Notes: generated by a model not told the origin, from the sequence alone. A DNA stretch of 64,000 bases from Candidatus Omnitrophota bacterium (GCA_043808175.1 JAZDFE010000028.1:17079-81078), one strand, 5' to 3'; counted from the stretch's first letter, positions 21,032 through 30,414 are shown. A program made the numbers and translations.

Positions 21032-22129
21032 TTAGATGGCTAGATAACCGACTTTAACGGCATAACGGACCAGTGTCTTAAGAAAGGCGTGATCGGTCTT
21101 CGGCATCGGGATCCCAGTGTCGCGCAGGATCTCGCGAGTATTGGTGTTATCAAACGTGAGACGCCCGTTCAGATAGCCCAGATAAGGCTCCAGCATCGCA
21201 AAAACCATCTGCTCCTGCGCGCCCATCTTGCTTTTCATGAAATGTTTAGGATCGATCACCTCGATCGGAGGAACGGTCGAGTATTCCTCTTCTCCCACCC
21301 GCAGAAGCATGCCGATCGAAGGCGGCTTGGGCGCCACCACATGGAAAGTCTTATTAATGCTCCGCGGATCCTTCATGATTGCGCAGGTTGCCCGGATCAC
21401 AAAATCAATGGGTACGATATTGAACGTATTCTCACGATGGGTGGGGATCTTTGAAAGAACTCCGTGGGCGAAAAGCTTGATAAAAGGATAGATCACATTG
21501 AAATCCGAGACTGCGCCGGTTTCCGAATGACCTACCACAATACTCGGACGGATGATCGTGACTGGAAGACCCTTTGCCATCGCCTCGCGCACCTTGGTCT
21601 CGGCCTTGTATTTACTCGACTCGTAGTAGTTCGCGAACACAGGTTTGGCTGGTAGTTCATCCTCTTTTGAATAATGGTCCCAGACGCTCCCGGCCACAAA
21701 CGCCGTACTGAAATAGACAAACCGCTCAAGTTTTCCTTTTTTGCGGAGATCCCAGGCCAGCTCGAGCGCGTGTTCCGTGCCTCCTACATTGATCTGCTGG
21801 CATTCCTTTTCGGTCCCGTTCAAAGCCGTAAGCGCCGCAATGTGATAGAAAACCTTGCACTCGCGCTCCAGGTACTCAAGCTCCGTTTTTTTGATCCCAA
21901 ATTTGTGATGGGTCACGTCCCCCTCGATCACATGGACGCGAGAACCTAGATGAGAATCAATGCCGATCGATGCAAGGATTTTTTTGACCCTCTCCGAATG
22001 GGAGGCGCGGTTTTTCGCGCGGGCCAGGAGCGCGATCTGGGCGTTCGTGGTCCGAAGCAGTTCCTTGACAAGGTCCTGCCCCAACACGCCGGTCGCACCG
22101 GTCATAAAGATCAAGTTATGAGTCATCAT
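21032..22129 (-). CDS. Standalone thioester (acyl-ACP/CoA) reductase, extended SDR / NAD_binding_4 type
   Basis: Rossmann motif FMTGATGVLG, GDV....FGI, a YYESSKYKAE (YxxxK) catalytic motif and IIRPSIVVGHSETG. This pattern resembles terminal reductase (R) domains. It overlaps the upstream KS gene by 14 nt. Confidence 0.65.
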   Translation of the reverse strand: MMTHNLIFMTGATGVLGQDLVKELLRTTNAQIALLARAKNRASHSERVKKILASIGIDSHLGSRVHVIEGDVTHHKFGIKKTELEYLERECKVFYHIAALTALNGTEKECQQINVGGTEHALELAWDLRKKGKLERFVYFSTAFVAGSVWDHYSKEDELPAKPVFANYYESSKYKAETKVREAMAKGLPVTIIRPSIVVGHSETGAVSDFNVIYPFIKLFAHGVLSKIPTHRENTFNIVPIDFVIRATCAIMKDPRSINKTFHVVAPKPPSIGMLLRVGEEEYSTVPPIEVIDPKHFMKSKMGAQEQMVFAMLEPYLGYLNGRLTFDNTNTREILRDTGIPMPKTDHAFLKTLVRYAVKVGYLAI

Positions 22130-23423
22130 ATCTTCTCAAAGCTAAACAAATGTTCTGACCCCCGAACCCAAACGAGTTGGAGAGTGCTATATTCACATTC
22201 GAGCGCCGGGCTGTGTTCGGCACATAGTCCAGATCACACTCGGGATCCGGTTCTTCATAATTGATCGTCGGCGGGATCACCGAATCACGCATGGCCATTA
22301 AGCAAATAATCGCTTCGACCCCGCCGGCCGCCGCGATCATGTGCCCGAGCATGGATTTCGTCGAGCTTATCGGAACTTTCGGCGCATAATCCCTCATCAC
22401 TTTTTTGATGACGAGGGTCTCCAGCGAATCGTTCACTGCGGTGGAAGTTCCGTGCGCATTGATATAATCAATATTTTGAGGCCCAACGCAAGCTTTTTCC
22501 ATAGCAATTTCCATAGCACGCACCGCGCCACGACCCTCCGGGTCCATATCCGTAAGACGGTACGCGTCCGCCGTCGAGCCGTAACCCACGACTTCCCCGT
22601 GGATCGAGGCCTTGCGCCTGCGTGCGTGCTTCAACTCTTCCAGGATCAACACCCCCGCGCCTTCGCCAATCACGAACCCATCCCGTTTTTTGTCGAACGG
22701 CCGCGAGGCTTTTTCGGGTTCCTCGTTGCGGGTGGAAAGCGTCGTCAATAAACCAAATCCGGCAACCCCCATCGGATAGATCATGGAATGGGAACCTCCG
22801 GCCATCATAATGTCGGCATCACCGCGCCTTATCCATTCAAAGGCTTCCCCGATCGCCTGTGACGATGCCGCGCACGCCGTCAAACAATTTGAGACCGGTC
22901 CGCGAATATCAAAAAGACGTGTCAGATGTGTCACGGTCATGAACGGCTGGTTTTCAAGCTCCCGCAAGGCGCTCATATTCTCATTCGCAAGTTGAAGATA
23001 TTTTCCTTTATCCACAACGTCGGTACCCCCGACGCCATCCTTCGTAAAGGACGCCACCAAAGTTTTAATGAACGGATCAAAATCGATCCCGCTGTCGCCC
23101 GCGCCAAAATAAATACCGAAACGGTTCGGATTTACGGCGAGCGGCTCTAGGCCGGCGCCCTTGTAAGCCTCCGCGGCGGCCTGGAGCGCAAAGAAAGTGC
23201 TCCGGCTCGCGCAGCTGAGCGGCGGATTGCGCTCAAGCCATTTTTCAAATGAGAATCCCTTGACCTCACCTGCAATGCGCGTCGGAAAACGGCTTGCATC
23301 GAAAAGCGTGATGGGGCCGATCCCCGACTTCCCTTGTGTCAGACGAAGCCAGGTATCACGCACCGAATTTCCAAGGGGCGTGACGGCGCCCATCCCAGTA
23401 ACCACCACTCTGCGTTTTAACAT
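22116..23423 (-). CDS. Beta-ketoacyl synthase (FabF-like, catalytically intact)
   Basis: The Cys-His-His triad is present: LTACAASSQAIGEA, NAHGTSTAVND and STKSMLGHMIAAAG. Confidence 0.8.
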   Translation of the reverse strand: MLKRRVVVTGMGAVTPLGNSVRDTWLRLTQGKSGIGPITLFDASRFPTRIAGEVKGFSFEKWLERNPPLSCASRSTFFALQAAAEAYKGAGLEPLAVNPNRFGIYFGAGDSGIDFDPFIKTLVASFTKDGVGGTDVVDKGKYLQLANENMSALRELENQPFMTVTHLTRLFDIRGPVSNCLTACAASSQAIGEAFEWIRRGDADIMMAGGSHSMIYPMGVAGFGLLTTLSTRNEEPEKASRPFDKKRDGFVIGEGAGVLILEELKHARRRKASIHGEVVGYGSTADAYRLTDMDPEGRGAVRAMEIAMEKACVGPQNIDYINAHGTSTAVNDSLETLVIKKVMRDYAPKVPISSTKSMLGHMIAAAGGVEAIICLMAMRDSVIPPTINYEEPDPECDLDYVPNTARRSNVNIALSNSFGFGGQNICLALRRYDDS

Positions 23424-24703
23424 TTTTTAAATACCAGAGACGCGTTTTGGCCGCCCAATCCGAATGTGTTCAAAACAGCCACGTTCACTTGGCAAGATTT
23501 CGCTTTATCCTTGACGAACGGCAGTGAACATTCGGGATCCGGGCTCTCAAGATTAATGACCGGAGGCACCTGTCCTTTTTTCGTGGTCATGGCCGCGACC
23601 ACAGCCTCCACGCTCCCGGTTCCATAAACCAGATTCCCGGTCACAGGCTTTATCGTAGTAACGTGAAGCTTTTTGAAAGTGGAAGCATAGAAAGAATGGA
23701 CTGCGAGCGACTCCTGGACATCCTCCTGCGGGATGCCGCTCCCGTTCGCCACAAGGACATCGACATCCGAGGGTTCAAGTGCGGCGTCTTCGAGGGCCCG
23801 GCGGATCGCCACGCGCTTTCCCGTGAAGTCATCCGGATCGCGCGGATCATAATTAAAATCCGAGGAGGATCCATACCCCGCAATCTCGGCATAGACCGAT
23901 GCCCCGCGTTTTTTCGCACTCTCGAGAGATTCCAGCACCAAGATCCCCGCACCTTCGCCCAGAACGATCCCGTCATGTTTTTTGTCAAAAGGACAATAAA
24001 CTTTCTCGGGTAGTTCTTCTCGCGTTGAAAGAAGACCGAGAAGCTGGAAACGCGAGATCCCCATTGCGTTAAGTTTGGAGTCCGTGCCGCCCGCAAGCAT
24101 GATGTCCGCATCCCCGCGCTCGACCACGCGGTACGCTTCCCCGATTGCTTGCGTGCCCGCGGCCGAAGACGTCGTGATGGTATTGTTCGGACCCCGGAGC
24201 TGATTTGCAACGGAGATATGACAGGCCGGCATATTCGGAAGATATTTCAGGAACCAGAGTGGGAAAAGCGAGCGGATGCCGTCTTGTCCGAACTTGGTCA
24301 TGGAGAAATGTCCGTTCTCATCCAGGCCGTTCCGGAAGCCCACCCCGATCTCATCGAGATCGTTATTGATGATCCCGGTCCCAAGCGTCACGCCGATGCG
24401 CGTGGGATCATAGTTTTCCAGGGAAAGTTTGGCGTCCTTAAGTGCTAGGCGGCTTGCGGCAACGGCCATCTGGATCTCGCGGGACATCAGCTTGATGGAT
24501 TTCCGGTTCTCGATGAATTCTTTCGGTTCAAATCCGGACAACATCCCGGCGTATTTAAAAGAGGGACAGTGGAGCCTAAGAGGATCGGAGCTTCGGATCG
24601 CAGAACACCCGTGAAGTGCGGCATCCCAGTAAGGTTCCCAGCCGTTCCCGCACGGCGTGATGACCCCGAAACCTGTGATGACGACACGGCGTTTTTCACT
24701 CAT
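23417..24703 (-). CDS. KS-like partner lacking the catalytic triad (chain-length-factor-like)
   Basis: It aligns with the neighbouring KS, but the triad positions read Ser-Asn-Asn: TTSSAAGTQAIGEA, ANGSGIPQED and KPVTGNLVYGTG. Confidence 0.7.
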   Translation of the reverse strand: MSEKRRVVITGFGVITPCGNGWEPYWDAALHGCSAIRSSDPLRLHCPSFKYAGMLSGFEPKEFIENRKSIKLMSREIQMAVAASRLALKDAKLSLENYDPTRIGVTLGTGIINNDLDEIGVGFRNGLDENGHFSMTKFGQDGIRSLFPLWFLKYLPNMPACHISVANQLRGPNNTITTSSAAGTQAIGEAYRVVERGDADIMLAGGTDSKLNAMGISRFQLLGLLSTREELPEKVYCPFDKKHDGIVLGEGAGILVLESLESAKKRGASVYAEIAGYGSSSDFNYDPRDPDDFTGKRVAIRRALEDAALEPSDVDVLVANGSGIPQEDVQESLAVHSFYASTFKKLHVTTIKPVTGNLVYGTGSVEAVVAAMTTKKGQVPPVINLESPDPECSLPFVKDKAKSCQVNVAVLNTFGLGGQNASLVFKKC

Positions 24704-25137
24704 GAAGATCGTATGATTTTCTCGCGAACGTTAAAATGTTTCATGAAAGCCTCGTGGAATGTGATGGACTTCGTCTGCTCCGCGGAAAGACCCCTCACCG
24801 CCACGAGCAAAAGTTTCGCTCGCGCCACCAATCCTTCGGCGCATGTGATCGTCGCCTCCAACCAGCCGCCTTCGGCCCCGAGACTTTCGGACCAGGCCTC
24901 GATCTGAAGGGGGGTGCCGAACTTCGGAATGTTTGTGATGGTCACGTTCTCGATCTTTGCGAAAATGAGATCTTTTTGGTAATCGCTTTCCGCACCGACC
25001 AAGAGACCGCCGGTTTGCGCCATCATTTCGATGAAGAGAACTTCCGAGCTATAGGGAGTCCGGGGAACTTTGGCGGAAGCAACGGCTTTTTCTCCTTTAC
25101 GAATCGAATGGACTTTCTCAAGAAGAAGCCAACGCAT
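24700..25137 (-). CDS. Hotdog-fold protein, FabA/FabZ-like without the HxxxxG-type His motif
   Basis: 145 aa. IEMMAQTGGLL resembles the FabZ central-helix motif. I found no HFP-type catalytic His segment. Confidence 0.5.
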   Translation of the reverse strand: MRWLLLEKVHSIRKGEKAVASAKVPRTPYSSEVLFIEMMAQTGGLLVGAESDYQKDLIFAKIENVTITNIPKFGTPLQIEAWSESLGAEGGWLEATITCAEGLVARAKLLLVAVRGLSAEQTKSITFHEAFMKHFNVREKIIRSS

Positions 25138-25138
25138 G

Positions 25139-25579
25139 TTATCTCCAGATCATGGCCTGCGCGCCCACCAGGTCCCCGCTCCGGAAAAAATGCCCTTCCC
25201 CGCGATAAAGCTTCTTGGTACGCCCGGTCCGCCATTCCATCTCAAAGTGATCTCCTCCGCACCGTTTCATCCGCATGCCCTGAAACCCCTCGAGCCCCAT
25301 CCAGGCTTCACCGCAAGCCTTGAAGAACGCCTCCTTGGCTGTAAAAAGTTCGGCGAATTCTTGCAGGGAAAGACGCTTGAAGGAACGGCGTTCCGAAAAA
25401 TTCAGAAAACGTTCGCGAACATAACCCTTATGGCGAGAAAGAAATCGCTTCACACGATCGCGGGACACCAGATCGACACCCACGCCGCACAGCGTGGCAG
25501 ACCGTCTCTCGATTGTTTTCTGGCAGTTGGACGAATTTCGCCCTGAGTGACGGGAAGATTTTTGTTTTACGAGCAACAT
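25139..25579 (-). CDS. acpS: 4'-phosphopantetheinyl transferase (AcpS type)
   Basis: GVGVDLVSRDRV and FTAKEAFFKA are AcpS-type motifs. The true start may lie downstream of the ORF-track start. Confidence 0.65.
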   Translation of the reverse strand: MLLVKQKSSRHSGRNSSNCQKTIERRSATLCGVGVDLVSRDRVKRFLSRHKGYVRERFLNFSERRSFKRLSLQEFAELFTAKEAFFKACGEAWMGLEGFQGMRMKRCGGDHFEMEWRTGRTKKLYRGEGHFFRSGDLVGAQAMIWR

Positions 25580-25980
25580 TGATCGGAGCAGGAACTCTTG
25601 CCCAAGCGGTCACTAAGATAACGAAGGAGCATTTTCACCGTAAAGCAGTCCGCCAGCTTTGTGATCTGCGGATCTTTGGCGAATTCTTCGAGTTCGAGAT
25701 AAGGGAGCTTCACACGAAGTTCCACAAGCCCTTCCGCCGTGACCATACCTTCCTTCACGAAACGTTCATCATTTAAAAGATGGCTCGGGAAAAGATCCCC
25801 GGCCGGGATCTTGAGATCGAAGGCTTTTTCAAGGCGGAAAACAATATCGATGAAATCGATGGACTCCGCGCCAAGGTCCCGCTTCAAGGAAGCCTCCGGC
25901 GTGATCTCTGATTCATCCACACCCAGCGCGCCAGCAAGTGTTTGCTGGACTTTCGTAAAGAGCTCTTTCTCCATGATCAT
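25567..25980 (-). CDS. Acyl carrier protein with a ~55-aa C-terminal extension
   Basis: DLGAESIDFIDIVFRLEKAF is a PP-binding motif with the attachment Ser. At 137 aa it is far longer than the usual ~80 aa. It ends in the Cys-rich tail SSCSDQCCS. Confidence 0.7.
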   Translation of the reverse strand: MIMEKELFTKVQQTLAGALGVDESEITPEASLKRDLGAESIDFIDIVFRLEKAFDLKIPAGDLFPSHLLNDERFVKEGMVTAEGLVELRVKLPYLELEEFAKDPQITKLADCFTVKMLLRYLSDRLGKSSCSDQCCS

Positions 25981-26002
25981 TCTAGCGTCCTTCCTAAGTT
26001 GT

Positions 26003-26422
26003 CTACGACAATGCTGATGATTGCGGGTTCTTCACTTTGGCCAACGTTAACTTGGCCGATACGGCGACGTCACCATGATAAAATAATTTCGCATCCCAGA
26101 TCGTTTCCTCGCCCTCGCTTTGCATGAGCATGAGCCGGCTTTCCCATTCGTCCCCGGGCCTGAGATATTTCGTGAATCGGGTCGCGCGGATCTGCTTCAA
26201 AAAATAATGCTGTCCCTCACCGCTCGCGATCGATGCCAAATACCGCTCCGCGGTCTGCTTGAGCATCTCAAGCGCCAACACCCCGGGTAACACCGGAAAT
26301 CCAGGAAAATGATCTTTGAAAAATTCGGAGTCTTCTGGAATACGGCCGCACGCCGTAATCCCCTCTCCCTCTTTCATCCAAAGAACCTTTTCGATCGAGA
26401 GCACTGTCATGAGCCTCCTCAA
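26003..26422 (-). CDS. FabZ-like beta-hydroxyacyl-ACP dehydratase
   Basis: FFKDHFPGFPVLPGVLALEMLKQTA matches the FabZ His and central-helix motif. Confidence 0.75.
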   Translation of the reverse strand: MRRLMTVLSIEKVLWMKEGEGITACGRIPEDSEFFKDHFPGFPVLPGVLALEMLKQTAERYLASIASGEGQHYFLKQIRATRFTKYLRPGDEWESRLMLMQSEGEETIWDAKLFYHGDVAVSAKLTLAKVKNPQSSALS

Positions 26423-26442
26423 CTAGGATAAGGTCTTAGGCG

Positions 26443-27288
26443 TTAAGATCTTATTCCTTCCAAAACATAGATCCCGTTCAAAATTCGGAATCCCGAAAGC
26501 CAAGTATGAAAACTTTTAAAAGAACTGACTTCAAAACCAGCCACTCTAAAGAATTCCCGCCACTCGTCATCCTTACGAAACTGATGTGGATGCGTCATGA
26601 ACTCCATATTGAGGAGCCTGTCACGGCAAATGGTCCAGAACCGGCCGACCCCATGATGATAAAGATCTTCGACTACCACGACCTTTTGGCGCGTCACCCG
26701 CCGCACTTCTTTGAAAAGTGCTTGCGGATCCGGCACGTGATGAAGCATGGTTATGAGAATCGCCACATCAAAACTTTGATCCGGAAATGGGATCCTGGAG
26801 CCATCATACAGCACCACCGGAGCCTTCTGGTAACCGGGGTTTACGACATCCAGAACCAGATGCTCATGTCCTCTCGTCTTGAGAGGTCCGGCGTAAAAAC
26901 CCCAACCCCCTCCGAGATCCAAGATCCGGCTTCCCAGCGGGATCTGATTTTCAAAAAGCCGAACGATCTTTTCTGCCCGGACCTCAAGAGCACTATGAGC
27001 AAAGTGCCTGACAATCCCGTCCAGCACCCGGCGCTGAAAGACCCGCAGATTATTCTTAATGGTGTTCACGATCTCGATTGCAATAGTTTTTGAGCGGGAA
27101 ATTATAGCATAGGGCTTGTTTTTGCCCCAAGAATCTTTTTTAGATAAATGTCCCTCTTGAGCCTTGATTACAGTATCCGTCAAAAATTCAATCTTAAAGG
27201 CTTTTACGACGCCCCACTTTTTTGTGGCCCACAGTAAGAGGTAGCTCCAACAATCCAACACAACACCCGATGCTAGATCACTCGTCAT
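26443..27288 (-). CDS. Class I SAM-dependent methyltransferase
   Basis: ILDLGGGWGFYA (motif I), FDVAILITMLHHV and RQKVVVVED. I trimmed the start to MTSDLASG (ATG at 27288), which abuts the def stop at 27291. The longer ORF-track form overlaps def out of frame. Confidence 0.7.
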   Translation of the reverse strand: MTSDLASGVVLDCWSYLLLWATKKWGVVKAFKIEFLTDTVIKAQEGHLSKKDSWGKNKPYAIISRSKTIAIEIVNTIKNNLRVFQRRVLDGIVRHFAHSALEVRAEKIVRLFENQIPLGSRILDLGGGWGFYAGPLKTRGHEHLVLDVVNPGYQKAPVVLYDGSRIPFPDQSFDVAILITMLHHVPDPQALFKEVRRVTRQKVVVVEDLYHHGVGRFWTICRDRLLNMEFMTHPHQFRKDDEWREFFRVAGFEVSSFKSFHTWLSGFRILNGIYVLEGIRS

Positions 27289-27290
27289 TA

Positions 27291-27785
27291 CTATTTGCCA
27301 AATGGACGAGGAAAAAGATCCGTCTTGAGGCAAGTCACATGATCGATAAAAAGAACGCCCTCTAGATGATCGACCTCGTGTTCTACGCAAACCGCTTCGA
27401 TCCCGGTGCTGATCTTTTCGTGGAATTCGCCGCGTTCGTTCTGCCAGCGAAAGCGGACCCATTTGTGACGTCTTAGAAAGGCTGTGTAATCCGGAAAACT
27501 CATACAACCTTCTTTGCGTATTTCCTGATTTTTTTTTTCAAGGATGACGGGATTGATAAGAACGAGACGTTTTGTTTTCGGATCACGTTTCGAAACATCT
27601 ACGATCGCGACGGCCTTTGCAACCCCGATCTGTGGCGCGGCAATGCCGATCCCGTACGGCTGGCTTTTCATAACACGAACCAAGGTAGCCACAAGCTTCA
27701 AGAGTGTACGGTCGAACACTGCAACCGCTTGTGTTTTTTTTCTAAGGATCGGATCGGGAAAGGTCCGGAGAAGAATGGGTTTCAT
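27291..27785 (-). CDS. def: Peptide deformylase
   Basis: GIGIAAPQIG, EGCMSFP and HEVDHLEG are the three PDF motifs. Confidence 0.9.
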   Translation of the reverse strand: MKPILLRTFPDPILRKKTQAVAVFDRTLLKLVATLVRVMKSQPYGIGIAAPQIGVAKAVAIVDVSKRDPKTKRLVLINPVILEKKNQEIRKEGCMSFPDYTAFLRRHKWVRFRWQNERGEFHEKISTGIEAVCVEHEVDHLEGVLFIDHVTCLKTDLFPRPFGK

Positions 27786-27791
27786 CGGAGA

Positions 27792-28343
27792 TTACAAGGA
27801 AACACGTTCCAAGGGTTTGACCTGGATCTCGATCTTCAACTTCCTCGCGACCTTCGCTAAAAGAGTTTTGAGCTTCGCCAGAACTCCCTTATCCGGCACA
27901 TCTACTTCCAAGAGCATCGCGTAAGTGGTCTTGGCGCCCTTACCCAGGATCCGGCTGTCGAGATCCGTAATGTTGACGCCCAACCCCGCCAGCGCGCGGC
28001 TCACTTCATAAACGATCCCGGTGCGGTCCTTGCCGAACGCGGTGATCATGCAGGAAAGAGAGCCCTTCGCGTGTTTTTTCCCGTGCGGGATCTTCCCCTT
28101 CAACTCGGTCACATGACAATCCAGGAACCAGGGAATACCTCTGAGGAGCTCCAAACCTTGCAGCACACGGACCCCGGACACCATCGATGGCAGGCAGGCA
28201 GTCATCATCATGGCGAATTGCCCCTCCAAAAGGGTCATGCTGATATCCTCAAGGTTACATCCCCGGGCAAACAAAAGACCGCTCACCTTGGCGATGATAC
28301 CGGGCTTATCTTTACCGCTGACCGTGATCAGTATTTTTCTCAT
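27792..28343 (-). CDS. Tandem ACT-domain protein (GcvR-like)
   Basis: Two ACT-like repeats are visible: ITVSGKDKPGIIAKVSGLL and ITAFGKDRTGIVYEVSRAL. Confidence 0.6.
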   Translation of the reverse strand: MRKILITVSGKDKPGIIAKVSGLLFARGCNLEDISMTLLEGQFAMMMTACLPSMVSGVRVLQGLELLRGIPWFLDCHVTELKGKIPHGKKHAKGSLSCMITAFGKDRTGIVYEVSRALAGLGVNITDLDSRILGKGAKTTYAMLLEVDVPDKGVLAKLKTLLAKVARKLKIEIQVKPLERVSL

Positions 28344-29971
28344 TTTTTCTTACCCCCAAGGATTTTAGAAAGCGCGCTCACGCCCTGTTGGATCATTTGG
28401 TCCTGCTCCGAAAGAGCCCCCTGCGATTGCGTGGAACCGCCGAGGCTTGCGATCTTCCCGGCTTTCTTGCCCCCCAGAAGCCGCTCCACTCCGCTGCTTA
28501 AAAGTTGATCCGCCCCGCTCTGCAACAGCTTTGAACCGATATAACCTAGGTCCGGCTGGACCGCGGCGTTCGGGAAAATACCGCGGTAACTGAACGGGAT
28601 CATGACTTGGCCGTTCCGGTCCGCGATCAATTCCATTTCGCGGATCTTTTTCATTAAATAGGCTGAGATGGCTTGAGATAACAACAACTGCATGGAACCT
28701 TCGACACGCTTGTCCAGGATCCCATAGGTCCCCCGGCCGGACAACTGATAGTTGGAATGTGTCAGCCGGAATTCGCTGATCCGCACAATCCCAGTCTCTA
28801 CCCCACACACCACTTGCAAGGACTGGAACGGCGTGTCACGTTCCTTTAACATTTCATTCAATTCCGGCGGAAGCTCCCCACCAAGGGCATTCGTGATCGC
28901 AAGCACGGGGGAAAGACGGTCAAAAACCTCCTTGATGAGATTCCGGTTCTTGAGAGCCCCGTCCAGGATCTCGATCGTTCCCTGTCCCTTAAGAGATCGT
29001 TGGAGCATGGCGGGATTCGCTCCCTCGAAGGAAAGCTGCGCCTTGACACTAAGACGTCCGGTCACATAATCACCGCTCTTATAAACGGCCGGGATCACTG
29101 ATTCCATGTCCAGGTCACGCACCTCAAGAGTTCCCTCAAAATGTGGCAAGGTGTTGACCATTTTGAGACGACCTTTGAACACCGCTTTTTCAGGACCGTA
29201 ACGCAGCAGAAAAACCAGCGACCGCAACCCCAGGTCCAGATCCCCCTGCGCTTCCAGGTTTCTTTTGGAGGAGTTAAACACAGACCCCCCCGCCGTAAAA
29301 TGGAATAGTGAAGCGGAAGTTTTCTGCAAGACCTCAGCCTCCAGCTTTTCGATCTTCAGTTTATAGACCGGCTCGATTGTCTCATCCGTGAAGTGGATGG
29401 TCGCATTCCGCACGAGGATCTTCCCAAGCCTGAATTCCCAACCTTGGGCAATACGGTCCAGATTCTTCAACGAAATACTTTCCGTTCCTTCCGAAGCTTC
29501 GGCCGTCGGAATAAGACGCCCCTGAGGGTGCGCGGGCGCAACAGCCTGAGCAGAAGCAGCGGGTTCTTTAGCCGCTTGAAAATTCCAGGCCCCTCCCCGG
29601 CTACGCTTGAGAAAGATCTCGGGACTCTGGATCACGACTTGAGACATGCTGAAATGCTTCTGTAGGGCCGAAGTCAGATCGGCATCGATCCGGATCTGAT
29701 CGCTTTGCAGGATCTTTTCGAGAGTCTTGGGATGATAGAATTTGAGACCGGCCACCTGAAGCTGCGGCTGGAGCTTCCATTGGAACTTGATATCGCCAAG
29801 CTCCACACGAAAACCGGTCTGCTGGGTGAGATACTTTTCGAATTCCGCCCGGAACATATTGGGATCAAAGTTACGGATCGCAAAGTAACCGACCCCCCCA
29901 AGGATGATTCCGAGGATCAAGAGCGCGGCAAGAAGACCTCCCAGGAATTTCAGGAAACCTCGTAAGACCAT
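28340..29971 (-). CDS. asmA: AsmA family outer-membrane biogenesis protein
   Basis: An N-terminal TM helix is followed by an AsmA-like start (FDPNMFRAEFEKYLTQQTGFRVELGDIKF) and a long beta-rich body. Confidence 0.6.
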   Translation of the reverse strand: MVLRGFLKFLGGLLAALLILGIILGGVGYFAIRNFDPNMFRAEFEKYLTQQTGFRVELGDIKFQWKLQPQLQVAGLKFYHPKTLEKILQSDQIRIDADLTSALQKHFSMSQVVIQSPEIFLKRSRGGAWNFQAAKEPAASAQAVAPAHPQGRLIPTAEASEGTESISLKNLDRIAQGWEFRLGKILVRNATIHFTDETIEPVYKLKIEKLEAEVLQKTSASLFHFTAGGSVFNSSKRNLEAQGDLDLGLRSLVFLLRYGPEKAVFKGRLKMVNTLPHFEGTLEVRDLDMESVIPAVYKSGDYVTGRLSVKAQLSFEGANPAMLQRSLKGQGTIEILDGALKNRNLIKEVFDRLSPVLAITNALGGELPPELNEMLKERDTPFQSLQVVCGVETGIVRISEFRLTHSNYQLSGRGTYGILDKRVEGSMQLLLSQAISAYLMKKIREMELIADRNGQVMIPFSYRGIFPNAAVQPDLGYIGSKLLQSGADQLLSSGVERLLGGKKAGKIASLGGSTQSQGALSEQDQMIQQGVSALSKILGGKKK

Positions 29972-30414
29972 ACGCCCTCGCCTTTTTTCCTGGCTTCCTC
30001 CTGAACTTTCAGGAACTTGTCTTTTTGGCCGAAGTCCTGGGTCTCGGCCACTTTCGCGGCGCCGACCTTCACCAGGAATTCATTGATAAGGACCTCCTGC
30101 TCATCGGGGATATCATCTAGTTTTGCGGGAAATTTCAAGTATTTCGCCTTGAGGTACGCGTAGGCGAATTCCTTGGCCCCCGGCACGGGATTAGTGATCA
30201 ATTGAAGCTGCAGATCCTGCTTTTGAGCAAGCACCCGGAGGACCGAGATCCCTTCCGCGTCCATTTGAACCCCGACGAGGACCACCTGCTTGCCGCTCTC
30301 AAGCGTCAACGTCCCGTCCGTTCCGACCTCCGTCACGATCTCTGCGCGAAGAACAGAAGAAAAAAGACAGAGGCCCGGCAAGAGCAAAAACAGCCATTGC
30401 TTTTTTGAGTTCAC
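29950..30414 (-). CDS. Secreted SNase-fold-like protein (catalytic residues not evident)
   Basis: It has a signal peptide. The layout TDGTLTL...VVLVGVQMDAEG...FAYAYL...LINEFLVKVGAAKV...EEARKKGEGVWS mirrors thermonuclease topology. The Ca/Arg/Glu catalytic positions are not conserved. Confidence 0.35.
   Translation of the reverse strand: MNSKKQWLFLLLPGLCLFSSVLRAEIVTEVGTDGTLTLESGKQVVLVGVQMDAEGISVLRVLAQKQDLQLQLITNPVPGAKEFAYAYLKAKYLKFPAKLDDIPDEQEVLINEFLVKVGAAKVAETQDFGQKDKFLKVQEEARKKGEGVWSYEVS

Noticed and set aside
27289-27507. 73-aa N-terminal extension of the methyltransferase ORF.
   Set aside because: It overlaps the 3' part of def out of frame. ATG 27288 gives a clean junction 3 nt after the def stop.
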